Notes: generated by a model not told the origin, from the sequence alone. 64,000 nt of DNA from an uncultured Candidatus Saccharibacteria bacterium (GCA_964632215.1 CAZWBG010000002.1:8561-72560); one strand, 5' to 3'. Numbered from the stretch's first letter, positions 7,704 to 17,702 are shown. Made by a program: numbers and translations.

Positions 7704-8762
7704 TTATTCAAGCTCAACGAGAAGTGCTTTATCATTAGAGTTCACTTCTAGCAGCTCAGATTTGGAGATTGCAAAACGTGATGTTACGAGAGCCCTAATC
7801 TCTCGTACTACTTCGCCCAAGGCTGCTTCGCACACCGCTCTGGCCATGGCCGATATATCATCAGGTGTAAAAGTTAATGTGGTAGTTTCTGAGTCTCGGC
7901 TCCAAGTGGGCAGCACACTCTTCAGAATAAATCTTTCTTCATGCACCTCGAAAGAGACGCCACCTGTTTGCTCAAGCCTACCTGGAGTACGAGTAATAGG
8001 AGAGGTCAACTCTGTCGTATCATCTTGTTGCCATCCACCCTGCTCGGCCATATCTATCAGATCACTAATATAGGGCCGTTCACTTAAAAGCCTCTCTTCT
8101 TGCTGGAAGCAAGAACTTGCGGCTTCGTAAAAAAGTTCTCGCTGATAATCTTCATCCGCTCCGATGCGCTGCAAGTAGGCCATCATCAAAGCCAGAAATT
8201 CCGGTTGAGTGCTGTGCCTCAACTGCAGCCCGCTCACTTCTACCGGAACAAATTGATGCTCGTACCCTAGGGGATCCACCATAGCCTTGTGATCAGTCGC
8301 GTGGAGAATAATAATATCCCCCTGGTCAGCGTAGTCAACAGTAAAGCGTGAACCATCAGGCAAGCTAGCTTGTGCAGCAAACTCATTATGTCCTCGTCTA
8401 CCACCGCCCAGAGCCACGACTCCGACGTGCTGTAAAAAACCTAAATCATATGTCTCAACTTGCGCTTCATCGCCCCACCATAGGCCCTCAAGGTACTCTA
8501 TGCCAGCCACACCACAAAGCAAGGCTGCATCGACATCTGTAGCCTCAAGTGTTGCGCCAGTCTCAGGATCTTGCCACACTCCCCAACTTCCATCTTCAGA
8601 TCGAGCTGCTTCAATATACGCCTGGGCCATGTCTCGTTGCTCTGGGTTAATTCTTGCTAGGTCAAACTTACCCAATTTAACTTCGCCGAAACCGATGCGC
8701 GCAGGACCTAAATCATCTAGTTCACTTCTGTCAGTATTTGGTTTGAATTCAAATTGTCTCAC
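7704..8762 (-). CDS. Hypothetical acidic protein (352 aa), no family recognised
   Basis: Long ORF in the track. The overlapping plus-strand ORFs are shorter and low-complexity. Confidence 0.6.
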   Translation of the reverse strand: MRQFEFKPNTDRSELDDLGPARIGFGEVKLGKFDLARINPEQRDMAQAYIEAARSEDGSWGVWQDPETGATLEATDVDAALLCGVAGIEYLEGLWWGDEAQVETYDLGFLQHVGVVALGGGRRGHNEFAAQASLPDGSRFTVDYADQGDIIILHATDHKAMVDPLGYEHQFVPVEVSGLQLRHSTQPEFLALMMAYLQRIGADEDYQRELFYEAASSCFQQEERLLSERPYISDLIDMAEQGGWQQDDTTELTSPITRTPGRLEQTGGVSFEVHEERFILKSVLPTWSRDSETTTLTFTPDDISAMARAVCEAALGEVVREIRALVTSRFAISKSELLEVNSNDKALLVELE

Positions 8763-8794
8763 CTAAATTACTCGCCTCACTCCCACCGCTTGGC

Positions 8795-9007
8795 TTATTT
8801 TTCTACTGTTTTACCTGGTTGTTTGCTGAAGATAAAAAGATATGCAATTGGCAATATACCCAGCGTATTTACTAGTAAGAGTACGACAAACCAAGCCTTT
8901 TCGTTTCGACGTGCCGAGCGCCAAAGCGCCCAACCCTTCCAGCCAAATTCCCAAAGTGCTGCTGCAAGTACTAACCACCAGTATTGATTCACCCATTCTT
9001 GTGACAT
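8795..9007 (-). CDS. Small two-TM membrane protein (resembles DUF5652-type proteins; from memory, unverified)
   Basis: 70 aa with two hydrophobic segments flanking WALWRSARRNEKAWF. Competing overlapping ORFs look non-coding. Confidence 0.55.
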   Translation of the reverse strand: MSQEWVNQYWWLVLAAALWEFGWKGWALWRSARRNEKAWFVVLLLVNTLGILPIAYLFIFSKQPGKTVEK

Positions 9008-9044
9008 ATCTGCCTCCCTATTAATCTACACATATTGTAGCAGA

Positions 9045-9620
9045 TTAGTTGGTGATTATTTCGGGAAGAATCTCTGGGAATTCCCTAGTTGTCATCGTAT
9101 TACCAAGCATAAAATGTCCGTACGATGGAATATCTCTATAAGTGACATTCGGTAGCGCAGCACTTACTATCTCTAGCGAGGTCTGAGCCTGCTCGTCATC
9201 TTGAGAACTATAAAAAACTGTCACACCTTCACGAGTACGCTCTGGCAAGCTAGGATCGACAGTGAAATCAAACAAATCACCATAGTTTCCACGAGGATCA
9301 ACCCAAGGAGCAACTAAAATCGCCTTTGCCACAATGAGTTCCCTGTCTTCGCTCATGGCTCTGAGAATAAGACCCGCGCCAAAACTAAGACCGATAAGAA
9401 CGGTTTCTTCGTCAATCGGTAGCCGATCAATTACTTCTTTATTTGCTTCATAATCTGGAGCATACGGCCTAGGTAGTGCAGGTGCCACACTTGGAATACC
9501 TGCTCCACCGAGCTCTCTTTGAAGCCACGAAAACCAATTTGCTACATGCGGCTTAGGCCATGTGGGATCTTGGTATCGCTCTCTCTTAGGCTTTCCGTGC
9601 AATAAAACTACATTTTTCAT
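9045..9620 (-). CDS. Alpha/beta-fold serine hydrolase (YdeN/RBBP9-like)
   Basis: VVLLHG near the N-terminus, nucleophile elbow GLSFG, C-terminal GHF. Start set at the ATG at 9620 (MKNVVLLHG); the ORF-track start at 9644 is a TTG. Confidence 0.6.
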   Translation of the reverse strand: MKNVVLLHGKPKRERYQDPTWPKPHVANWFSWLQRELGGAGIPSVAPALPRPYAPDYEANKEVIDRLPIDEETVLIGLSFGAGLILRAMSEDRELIVAKAILVAPWVDPRGNYGDLFDFTVDPSLPERTREGVTVFYSSQDDEQAQTSLEIVSAALPNVTYRDIPSYGHFMLGNTMTTREFPEILPEIITN

Positions 9621-9640
9621 AGATAACTCAGTATAACAGA

Positions 9641-10231
9641 TCAACTGCGGAACATATCAGGTAATGGATCGCTGAAACGAACTTTTTCAAGACTCCCTAC
9701 CGTATCCTCTTCACTAATATGGGAATACTGAGCTCGGTAAGCCACCATCACATCCCCAAATGCCGCATCATCCCACGCGAAACCAAGCTTCTTTGCCACC
9801 TCCCTCAGATGATCTTCGTGCTCCCCTTCAATCTCTATATATGGATTGAGCCAAGGCCATTCATCTAGCACCACTTCTACCTCGCCAAGCATCCACGTTT
9901 CACGCTTGGATTCTTGAAAAGAGTGAATCTTGAACCCCACAGCTTCAAATAGTGAAACCGCATCATCAAACGAACTAACTTGGTATTCAATCTCTTTAGC
10001 GCCATTAACAGAAAGTTCATCAAACTGCTTATATGTCACTGTAACCTTATCCCCTTCGTCACGAACTCGGATATAAGCATTTTTTGCCTTAAGACTCTTC
10101 TTTTCATCGTCAATAATTGCTCGTTTCATTAAGCGCATAGGCTGCTCACACACTGCTCCCAATGCCTTAAGTTTGGATCGCACGTCGTCAAAATTAGCAT
10201 TCAAAAACTTTACTTCGATCTCTTCTTTCAT
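9641..10231 (-). CDS. CYTH-domain protein (CyaB-type adenylyl cyclase / triphosphatase family)
   Basis: N-terminal EIEVKF matches the CYTH ExExK signature. Length and acidic-residue pattern fit the family. Confidence 0.75.
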   Translation of the reverse strand: MKEEIEVKFLNANFDDVRSKLKALGAVCEQPMRLMKRAIIDDEKKSLKAKNAYIRVRDEGDKVTVTYKQFDELSVNGAKEIEYQVSSFDDAVSLFEAVGFKIHSFQESKRETWMLGEVEVVLDEWPWLNPYIEIEGEHEDHLREVAKKLGFAWDDAAFGDVMVAYRAQYSHISEEDTVGSLEKVRFSDPLPDMFRS

Positions 10232-10262
10232 AAAACCATTGTAACAGAAGTATCTTGCGATT

Positions 10263-11477
10263 CTACCTGTTGTGTTCTGATATCTTTTGGATATCTACCG
10301 TTTCGACGACGAGCTTCTTCTTATGGGAGGTAATCTTTAACATACCGATCAGAGCAAGCACTAATAGAGTCGTGAGAAACCAGGAAGCTTTAAAGATCGT
10401 AAACTTTTCAGCCACTACGCCGAAACCAAGAGAAAGAGCTACGAATACTATCGAATATATAGTACCCACCGCTGAAGACGCGCCCGCGCGAATAGTCGAA
10501 GCAAGCGTCTTATGTAGTTGATGTTCGAGCACAATCGTGACGGCCATAAAGCCGGTGAGCAACATAACTTGTGTGAAGATTATTAGCAGAGCATTCCTGC
10601 CGGTGAGAAATAGACTGGTTAAGATCAATACGATCAGATATACGGTGACTATCCTTGGCTTAGTCAATAACCGTGCAACAATACCACTAAACGACGTACT
10701 CAGTTGCACGAGTGCACTTGCAATCCCGAAGAATATAACTGGCACACCTACGGCAATATACCATAACTGACCAAATTCAAATGTTGTCCTTACGCCGAGA
10801 CCAAGCAATACCATCGTGAAGACTATCCAAAATACCTCACCTTTTCTTGTGAGTGCTTTAAAGATCTCACCAACATGACGAAATATTGGCACATAGACTT
10901 CTCTCTTGTGCAGTTGTGGCTCTCGAAAACGCATGATAAAGAATACCGAGAGTAATAGAAAGGGTATCGTTAAAAAGTACGTTGCCCGTATTGTAAGTGT
11001 TCTGATGATCACCATACTCAACAAGGACCCGCTTGCCAGGGCCACGCCTTCTATTATTCGTACATATCCATAGTATTTTTCGTATAACTTGCTATCACCC
11101 GCTTCTTCAAGCAATGTGTCGTATACGATCGAATCAAACGTGCCTGAATAAAGCGCGGCGTACAGTCCCCATAAAGATACTGCGATCGTGTAAGTTAAAA
11201 CGCTGTTGCTTAGTCCGCTCAGCAGAGTACAGGCAATAAGTGCAATGCTAGCCAAAGCCAGCACACCCTTACGGCTCCATCGGTCTGCGAGTATCCCAGA
11301 TGGTGTCTCGGTGACAATAGTCACCACCGCCACTACCGCAATACTCAGCCCGATAGTCGCTTCTGTAAAACCTATGCTCTCCATAAAGAATTTTTCGATA
11401 CCATACCAAAAGACAAAGCCCTGCAAAAACACTGTGATATAAAGAGGCATGAACCTCTTCCTTAAAATCTGCTTCAT
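10263..11477 (-). CDS. MFS transporter
   Basis: About 12 predicted hydrophobic segments. The loop motif GILADRWSRKG matches the MFS D-R-x-x-R-K/R signature. Confidence 0.85.
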   Translation of the reverse strand: MKQILRKRFMPLYITVFLQGFVFWYGIEKFFMESIGFTEATIGLSIAVVAVVTIVTETPSGILADRWSRKGVLALASIALIACTLLSGLSNSVLTYTIAVSLWGLYAALYSGTFDSIVYDTLLEEAGDSKLYEKYYGYVRIIEGVALASGSLLSMVIIRTLTIRATYFLTIPFLLLSVFFIMRFREPQLHKREVYVPIFRHVGEIFKALTRKGEVFWIVFTMVLLGLGVRTTFEFGQLWYIAVGVPVIFFGIASALVQLSTSFSGIVARLLTKPRIVTVYLIVLILTSLFLTGRNALLIIFTQVMLLTGFMAVTIVLEHQLHKTLASTIRAGASSAVGTIYSIVFVALSLGFGVVAEKFTIFKASWFLTTLLVLALIGMLKITSHKKKLVVETVDIQKISEHNR

Positions 11478-11497
11478 TTGAGCTTAATTGTAGCAGA

Positions 11498-12853
11498 TTA
11501 TGTAAGTTCGGTAATCGGGACTCGTTTTTGTTCGGTGGTGTCGCGGTCGCGGATTGTTACAGTGTGGTCTTCTAACGTATCAAAGTCGATGACTATACAA
11601 TACGGAGTACCAATCTCGTCTTGACGACGGTAGCGTTTACCAATATTACCGTTGTCGTCCCACATGACATTGCCGTGCTTTTCTTTCAGCATCTTGTAAA
11701 CTTCTCGGGCCTTTTCTACTAGTTCTGGTTTATTCTTCACCAGTGGTGAAACGCAATATTTTACAGGAGCAAGATGCTCGGGTAATTTAAGATAAATCCG
11801 TTTTTCGCCGTTAACTTCGTCTTGGGTATAAGCTGCGCAAAGGACTGCCATGAGTGCCCGCTCTAAACCAAAACTAGGTTCGATCACATGCGGAACAAAT
11901 TTTGTGTTCGTGCCCTTAATGGTGTATTCCATGTTCTTACTTGAAGCATTTTGAATGTTCATTAAATCAAAGTCTGTGCGGTAAGCCATGCCCAAGAGCT
12001 CATCACGGCCGTGTGGGAAATCAAATTCAAAATCTATGGTTCGCTTACTGTAGTGAGCGCGGTCTTCCTCTGGTACTTCTAGCTCATGTACCTTTTCTTT
12101 CGGCAGACCTAAAGCCCCGCACCACTCCCAAACCTGCTTACGCCAGTGCTCGAAAGACGATTCCCACTCGCTTGGATCAACAAAGTACTCAATCTCCATT
12201 TGTTCAAACTCACGAGAACGAAACACAAAGTCACGCGGGCTAATTTCATTACGAAAAGCCTTACCAATCTGGCCAATACCAAAGGGCATGTTCGGATAAA
12301 AACTATCTAACACATTCTTGTAGTTAGTAAAGATACCCTGAGCAGTTTCTGGACGCAAGTAGCTGATAGAATTCTCGTCATCCACCGGCCCGACATTCGT
12401 TTTGAACATCATATTAAAAGTACGTGAGGGCGAAAGCACGTTACCCTCTGGACTTAAAAGATCATTCTTACGGATCGCTTCATCCATTTGTTCCATCGTC
12501 ATACCAGTTGGATCAATATTATTATCTTTTAAGATGTGATCTGTGCGGTAGCGCTTTTTAGTTTCGGTATCTTCACAGAGTGGATCAACAAAGGTGTCAA
12601 CATGACCACTCGCCTGCCACACTTTTTGATTCATCAAGATTGCCGCATCAACACCGTACATGTCTTCGCGATCTTCTACAAACATCTTCCACCATAAATT
12701 AGTGATGTTACGCTTCAGGGCTACGCCAAGTGGGCCGTAGTCCCAGGTACCACTTAAACCACCGTATACTTCACTCCCCTGATAAATAAAACCGCGGCGT
12801 TTACATAAACTAACAATATCTTCTAGGGAAACTTGGGGAATTTTTTCACTCAT
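11498..12853 (-). CDS. glyQS: Glycine--tRNA ligase (dimeric class II)
   Basis: IVSLCKRRGFIYQGSEVYGGLSGTWDYGPLGVALKRNI is a characteristic GlyQS N-terminus; 451 aa. Confidence 0.95.
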   Translation of the reverse strand: MSEKIPQVSLEDIVSLCKRRGFIYQGSEVYGGLSGTWDYGPLGVALKRNITNLWWKMFVEDREDMYGVDAAILMNQKVWQASGHVDTFVDPLCEDTETKKRYRTDHILKDNNIDPTGMTMEQMDEAIRKNDLLSPEGNVLSPSRTFNMMFKTNVGPVDDENSISYLRPETAQGIFTNYKNVLDSFYPNMPFGIGQIGKAFRNEISPRDFVFRSREFEQMEIEYFVDPSEWESSFEHWRKQVWEWCGALGLPKEKVHELEVPEEDRAHYSKRTIDFEFDFPHGRDELLGMAYRTDFDLMNIQNASSKNMEYTIKGTNTKFVPHVIEPSFGLERALMAVLCAAYTQDEVNGEKRIYLKLPEHLAPVKYCVSPLVKNKPELVEKAREVYKMLKEKHGNVMWDDNGNIGKRYRRQDEIGTPYCIVIDFDTLEDHTVTIRDRDTTEQKRVPITELT

Positions 12854-12889
12854 ATTACCCCGTATTATACCCTATTTTCAGATCAAATG

Positions 12890-12927
12890 TGCGAAAACAA
12901 AAACAGGCGGCCCGAAGGCTGCCTGTT
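12890..12927 (-). terminator. Rho-independent terminator (minus strand)
   Basis: Minus-strand RNA reads ACAGGCAGCC-UUCG-GGCCGCCUGU (10-bp stem with one A.C mismatch and a UUCG tetraloop), followed by UUUUUGUUUU. It lies between the 77-aa ORF and glyQS. Confidence 0.75.
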
Positions 12928-12952
12928 GAGCTGTAAAGAAATGACTACGCTT

Positions 12953-13186
12953 CTAGTGATCAGAGATGCCTGTTGGTGGCTCAATCTTTACTACAGGATG
13001 CTCCCCAGTAGTATTAGCCACTACTGTTCCGCCTAGCTCCATTTCTCGCAAACGCTCGCGCCGGCCCGGATCAACATCCCCAACTGGACGCGTATCGTTA
13101 TGACCGCTGTCCACTAGTGGTAGATCACCATGCTCATCCGTGTAGTCTGGGAAGTGAGTTGCTATTTTTTCAAGAAATTTAACCAT
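12953..13186 (-). CDS. Hypothetical small protein (77 aa)
   Basis: ORF track gives 12953..13231. Start moved to the ATG at 13186 because a TTGACA-17-TAGTAT promoter covers the upstream ATG. Followed by a good terminator. Confidence 0.5.
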   Translation of the reverse strand: MVKFLEKIATHFPDYTDEHGDLPLVDSGHNDTRPVGDVDPGRRERLREMELGGTVVANTTGEHPVVKIEPPTGISDH

Positions 13187-13221
13187 TTTTATACTTTTTA
13201 TTTTGACCTTTCTACCTTCAG

Positions 13222-13250
13222 ATACTAACATACATTAGCATTAATGTCAA
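13222..13250 (-). promoter_or_regulatory. Candidate sigma70-type promoter
   Basis: Minus strand: TTGACA (13250-13245), 17-nt spacer, TAGTAT (13227-13222). Confidence 0.45.
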
Positions 13251-13268
13251 TACTATAGCATAAATGTA

Positions 13269-13952
13269 CTAAGTGGCCGAGGTTTGGACTAGCTGTTTGA
13301 TCAATGTCAACGGATCGGTGACCAATTGTTCGACACCCTGAACTTGCTTTAAGACACTCGGTGGCTGAGCCACTGCGAGCCGTAGAATTTTAATGTGTTC
13401 AGCCCTAAATACGCCCTGAGCACTCGGCACAAAACACATACTATCGTTTGAGAAGCCATACAGCATCTCTTCACTGAGCGACTTACCCGTATCGTCAGTT
13501 CTCAGATTTGGCTCACGCCCCAGCAGATTCAATAGCCGAGTGTAAAACCATAGCTCAATCAGTGACAAAGGGATAGATTCATCATTTAAGGCCGCGAGCG
13601 TAGACTTCAGTGTGTCGAAATAGCTCCGCTCAGCATCATCTTCAATCATAGAATCAATATGCTTCATAGCCTCATAGCCGAACATCATCCGTTGCAGTTG
13701 CTTTACAATACAATCCCAGTGCACATTTAAGCGGGTACTGATGATACGTGCCAAATCTCCTCTCGTTTCAATGAAGGTGATAGAACTCTCAGAGAATAAC
13801 TCAATCCCACCCGCCAGTTTACTTTTACTACGGCGTACACCCTTAACCAGCGCCCGAACCTTCCCTACCGGGGTCAGAAAAGTAATGATCCGATCTGCCT
13901 CGCCGTAGTTGGTACGACGCAGTACAATAGCTGGGCTCGTTTGTTGCTTCAT
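13269..13952 (-). CDS. recO: DNA repair protein RecO
   Basis: The N-terminal OB-fold region AIVLRRTNYGEADRIITFLTPVGKVRALVKGVRRSKSKLAGGIELFS is typical of RecO. Confidence 0.9.
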   Translation of the reverse strand: MKQQTSPAIVLRRTNYGEADRIITFLTPVGKVRALVKGVRRSKSKLAGGIELFSESSITFIETRGDLARIISTRLNVHWDCIVKQLQRMMFGYEAMKHIDSMIEDDAERSYFDTLKSTLAALNDESIPLSLIELWFYTRLLNLLGREPNLRTDDTGKSLSEEMLYGFSNDSMCFVPSAQGVFRAEHIKILRLAVAQPPSVLKQVQGVEQLVTDPLTLIKQLVQTSAT

Positions 13953-14362
13953 GACGAAATAGGCTCCGCTGTTTTAGCAAATTGCTTTTTAACCGCCACG
14001 ACAAGTTGCGCTGGCTTGGTTTGGGGTTTGTAAAGATACTCAACAACTCCGTAATGCTGCCAGCGCTGCTTTTCCATAGCAAAGTCTCGCTGATGCACGG
14101 CACTCAGTATAAACACCGGTATTGCCTGCAAATCGTTATACGAAGCCAGTTCATGCAGTAGCTCAATACCATTATGAGAAGGTAAATACATATCCAAAAT
14201 AATGAGACCAACTTTTGGTAGGGTATCTAAAAGTGCTAGAGCGGCCTCCGCTGTTGCGGCGTGATGCACTTGGTAGCCTGCGGCACCCAGCGCATCACCA
14301 TATAATTCGGCTAACCAAACATCATCTTCAACTAACAAGATACCCTGGGCAGACCCGCTCAT
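13949..14362 (-). CDS. Single-domain response regulator (receiver only)
   Basis: ILLVEDD, IILDMYLP (phospho-acceptor Asp context) and YLYKP. No output domain. ATGA overlaps at both ends. Confidence 0.9.
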   Translation of the reverse strand: MSGSAQGILLVEDDVWLAELYGDALGAAGYQVHHAATAEAALALLDTLPKVGLIILDMYLPSHNGIELLHELASYNDLQAIPVFILSAVHQRDFAMEKQRWQHYGVVEYLYKPQTKPAQLVVAVKKQFAKTAEPISS

Positions 14363-15084
14363 GAGCTGAAGAGGCTTAATTGTCGAGAAAGCTGCAAATT
14401 AACCAAGAAATTAGAGCCATCACGGCGACGAGTTAGTTCCAAGCTACCGTTCATGGCCTCAGTCAATTGCTTGGCAATATAAAGCCCCAAACCTGTAGTA
14501 GTGGCCCACTGTGGCACCGGACGCTGAACTCGGCCGAATTGAGCAAATAGTCGCTTAAGATCAGCCTTTTGAATCCCCTGCCCGTAATCTTTTACTGCCA
14601 CCTGGGCGTATCCTCGACGTAGGCGGGCCTCGAGTTCAATAGTAGTCTCGGGGTGAGAATATTTAATGGCATTGTCCAAGAGGTTAAAAAGTACGGCGTG
14701 CAGGCAACCTTTATCAGCCAGTACTGGATGCCGTTGGCGAGTTGAACGAACTGCTATCAGCTGAGCCTGCCGCCGAGCATGAGGCTCGAGTTCGTGTGCT
14801 ACCTCTTCCATAATTAAATGTGGACTAAGAGGCTCGATATTAAGCTCCAGCATATCTTGTTCTAGTTCGTAGCCATGCAAAATACTATCTACAAGCCCGA
14901 GCAGTCTGTCGCTAGAAAACTGAATACGCTCTACGTATTGTTGATACTGTTTTGGATCGACGGTATTGCTCTGTAACTGCGAAGCCATACCGCTAATAAG
15001 TGTGAGTGGAGTTTTGAGTTCATGAGCGACACTCGCCAATAATTGCTGATGCATCTCAGCTTTTGTACTACCCTCGTGCAACAT
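14359..15084 (-). CDS. Sensor-less cytoplasmic histidine kinase (DHp + catalytic domain only)
   Basis: H-box SVAHELKTPL, N-box LLDNAIKYS, G-boxes DYGQGI and GLGLYI. 241 aa with no TM or sensor region. Confidence 0.9.
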   Translation of the reverse strand: MLHEGSTKAEMHQQLLASVAHELKTPLTLISGMASQLQSNTVDPKQYQQYVERIQFSSDRLLGLVDSILHGYELEQDMLELNIEPLSPHLIMEEVAHELEPHARRQAQLIAVRSTRQRHPVLADKGCLHAVLFNLLDNAIKYSHPETTIELEARLRRGYAQVAVKDYGQGIQKADLKRLFAQFGRVQRPVPQWATTTGLGLYIAKQLTEAMNGSLELTRRRDGSNFLVNLQLSRQLSLFSS

Positions 15085-15168
15085 GAATCAAATGAACCCT
15101 CCAGATTTACTTCGTGGTTCTATTATAGCTACCTCTTGGCTAAAAAATCGAGGTGTAGAAAAAGATTT

Positions 15169-15807
15169 TTACGGAACAAAGCTTAGGTTCTTGAGTACGA
15201 TGTTGTTAAAATCACCTTCAAAGTCTTTGGTTTCCGTCCAAACTCGCAGGGTTTTATCACGCAATGGGAAGACTACCATACTGCCTTCAACGTCTTTTTC
15301 CAAAAGACCATCAAAGCGTACTCCTTGGGTACCAGCCACCTGCACTGCCGTAGCCCTGAGCTCACCTTTCTTCACCTGACTATCGTAACCTTTGATCTCA
15401 TCAGCAAAAGATTTTTTGATAACACTTGCACGGAGAGCATACTTTACACCCTCAGATGGTACAACAAATGGATGCGCAAAGAAGTCGAGCGCACCTTTAG
15501 TGGTATCAACATACGCACTCCAGGTCTTGGGGTACGTCAACTTCAGTGTACCGAGTTCTGCTGGCCCAGTGTAGGTATCATACGGCTGCTTTTCTCGCTC
15601 TACAAACTCAGCCTCTAACTGTAGTTTTTGAGCCTCCTCTGCCTTAGTGACTGCTGCCTCAATAAGCGGTTGGTTATTATCCTTTTGTTCGATATATTTA
15701 CCGTAGTAAACCACACCAACCCCTGCAAAAGCCAACATAAAAACTGCCGCCAAAATAATGGGTATAAGCAAAGGATTCATAGCACCTTTTTGATCTAGCT
15801 TATGCAT
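15169..15807 (-). CDS. Hypothetical N-terminally membrane-anchored protein
   Basis: ORF track; single TM segment LLIPIILAAVFMLAFAGVGVVYY followed by a soluble domain. Confidence 0.6.
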   Translation of the reverse strand: MHKLDQKGAMNPLLIPIILAAVFMLAFAGVGVVYYGKYIEQKDNNQPLIEAAVTKAEEAQKLQLEAEFVEREKQPYDTYTGPAELGTLKLTYPKTWSAYVDTTKGALDFFAHPFVVPSEGVKYALRASVIKKSFADEIKGYDSQVKKGELRATAVQVAGTQGVRFDGLLEKDVEGSMVVFPLRDKTLRVWTETKDFEGDFNNIVLKNLSFVP

Positions 15808-15909
15808 ATGTGCCTACTTTATCTGAAAAACCCAACCAAAACAAGTCTAGCGGGGTCTGATTTCACTCGAGTAATGACAATTTACTCCTCGTGATACGCA
15901 AAAAGCTCA

Positions 15910-16395
15910 TTAATAGTGGTAAAGCCAGAGGCCATTTTTTTCATGGTAAATCCGTTTTTTCGGAATTTTAAACGTATAACTTATTAAGCTACTTCCTGGT
16001 GTAAGTTCTTGAGTAAGTTTTTTATCCAACTTTATCATATATTTATCAAGTAAAAACACAAAGACTCCCTTGGTATTTTTGGGTAACTCAACTTGCCAAA
16101 AATTACGGCAGTATATATGAACATGGCTACGGAATCTCCAGGTTCGTAGCCAAGAAACAACCCACAAGAAAGGATTTAACTCGTACCCATAACAGATGTA
16201 TCCCCGTCTAGCTGCTTCTAGAAGTACCGTGCCGTCGCCTGATCCAAGATCGACAAATGTCTCACCTTTCTTAAGCCCCAGTAGGTCGAGAGCCTCATTA
16301 GCATACTGCTTTCTGGTTGGTAAATACGGAGCACCAAAGAGCAGTACGAACGCAAATGGAACGAGTATTACAGCCAGAATAAGAAACACGATCAT
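15910..16395 (-). CDS. Class I SAM-dependent methyltransferase with an N-terminal TM segment
   Basis: Motif I is FVDLGSGDGTVLLEAARRG. 4-nt overlap with xseB upstream. Confidence 0.75.
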   Translation of the reverse strand: MIVFLILAVILVPFAFVLLFGAPYLPTRKQYANEALDLLGLKKGETFVDLGSGDGTVLLEAARRGYICYGYELNPFLWVVSWLRTWRFRSHVHIYCRNFWQVELPKNTKGVFVFLLDKYMIKLDKKLTQELTPGSSLISYTFKIPKKRIYHEKNGLWLYHY

Positions 16396-16598
16396 GAGGT
16401 GAATTTTTGTTTAATAACCTCTACGTTATTTTTGGCATTCGTAAGTTGGACCTCTAGCTTGGCTGTGAGTTTTAATGCCTGTTCGTACTTTTTTAAAGCT
16501 TCTTCAAGCGTAACAGCGTCTGACTCAAACCATGCTAGAAGCTCATCTAGCTCTTGCATAGATGTCTTAAAATCGGTTGGTTTCTTATCTGTTGACAT
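16392..16598 (-). CDS. xseB: Exodeoxyribonuclease VII small subunit
   Basis: 68 aa; FKTSMQELDELLAWFESDAVTLEEALKKYEQALKL is a typical XseB sequence. Directly downstream of xseA. Confidence 0.9.
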   Translation of the reverse strand: MSTDKKPTDFKTSMQELDELLAWFESDAVTLEEALKKYEQALKLTAKLEVQLTNAKNNVEVIKQKFTS

Positions 16599-17700
16599 GC
16601 GTAACCTTTGCGCTTAATTCACCCTCGTGTAAGGTGAGAGTAATATCATCCCCTATTGTAACATCTGACACACCAGTTAATACTTGTCTGTCTTTACGAA
16701 CCACTGCATAGCCACGCTTCAGCACGGCCTGCGGACTAAGTTGGTTGAGTACTTGTTTTTTATAATGGATTTGTTCACCCAATGATTGCAGTAGGTTGTC
16801 CAATTCACGCTGCAAAGTTTCTTTACTACGGCTCAGTAGTAGTTGCTCTGCTTCAACCAGTCGTAGTATGTCTTTTTCTACTTGAGAACGACGACCCGCG
16901 AGCTGGGCGAGAACCTCGTGCCGATCAGGTACTAACAACTCGGCGGCATTACTTGGTGTGCTCGCCCGAACATCTGCCACCAGATCACTCAGTGTCGTAT
17001 CTACCTCGTGGCCAACACCAACAACTGTTGGAATACGGCTTGCCGCAATCGCCCGTACTACGTCTTCACGGCTAAAAGCCGCCAGATCATCGCTACTACC
17101 ACCACCTCGTACAATCGCCAGTACATCAACCAGCTCAGCCTGTTCGTTAAACCATTCTATTGCCCGTACAATCTGATCTGGAGCGCTTACGCCCTGCACA
17201 CCTACATCAGCCAATTGCAGTGAAAGACCACCCCAGCGTGCATCTAAAATCTTTACAAAATCTGTGTAACCGGCTGCTTTTGCCGAACTCACCACGCCAA
17301 TTCTTTGGGGTAACTGTGGTAATAGCCGCTTTCTATCTACATCAAATAAGCCTTCTTTTTGCAATTTGGCTCTTAGTAGATCAGAAGCTTTTTTAATACT
17401 TCCCTCACCTATCGGCCGCACATCGCGCACCGTCAGACTAAATTTACCCCAAGCAGTCAGCTTTGGCTGAGCTATAATCTCAACACGCATACCGTCTTCT
17501 AGCGGCACCTTCAGCTGATATACCGTCATAAAACACTGCAAACTTGCTAGTTCGTCTTTGACGCTAAAAAATACATATTGATTCCGATTGACCGAAAAGC
17601 CCTCTACCTCACCCTCAATTCGCATAACTGGGTAAGCATATTCTAAGGTCTGATTAATCAGCCCTAGCGCATCACTAACCTGTAAGACCATGTCCTCCAC
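16585..17700 (-). CDS. xseA: Exodeoxyribonuclease VII large subunit
   Basis: N-terminal OB fold (VSDALGLINQTLEYAYPVMRIEGEVEGFS), catalytic region (IVRGGGSSDDLAAF) and synteny with xseB. The start could be the GTG at 17700 or the ATG at 17691. Confidence 0.9.
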   Translation of the reverse strand: MEDMVLQVSDALGLINQTLEYAYPVMRIEGEVEGFSVNRNQYVFFSVKDELASLQCFMTVYQLKVPLEDGMRVEIIAQPKLTAWGKFSLTVRDVRPIGEGSIKKASDLLRAKLQKEGLFDVDRKRLLPQLPQRIGVVSSAKAAGYTDFVKILDARWGGLSLQLADVGVQGVSAPDQIVRAIEWFNEQAELVDVLAIVRGGGSSDDLAAFSREDVVRAIAASRIPTVVGVGHEVDTTLSDLVADVRASTPSNAAELLVPDRHEVLAQLAGRRSQVEKDILRLVEAEQLLLSRSKETLQRELDNLLQSLGEQIHYKKQVLNQLSPQAVLKRGYAVVRKDRQVLTGVSDVTIGDDITLTLHEGELSAKVTHVNR

Positions 17701-17702
17701 TT

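Noticed and set aside
13843-14103. 86-aa ORF spanning the response regulator/recO junction.
   Set aside because: It is out of frame with two well-supported, translationally coupled genes, so it is a shadow ORF.
9641-14362. Possible UGA recoding (SR1/Gracilibacteria-type code 25), given the CPR-like gene content.
   Set aside because: TGA terminates well-defined genes at the expected lengths (for example 9641-9643, 13949-13951 and 14359-14361). RF2 is also present. The standard code applies.
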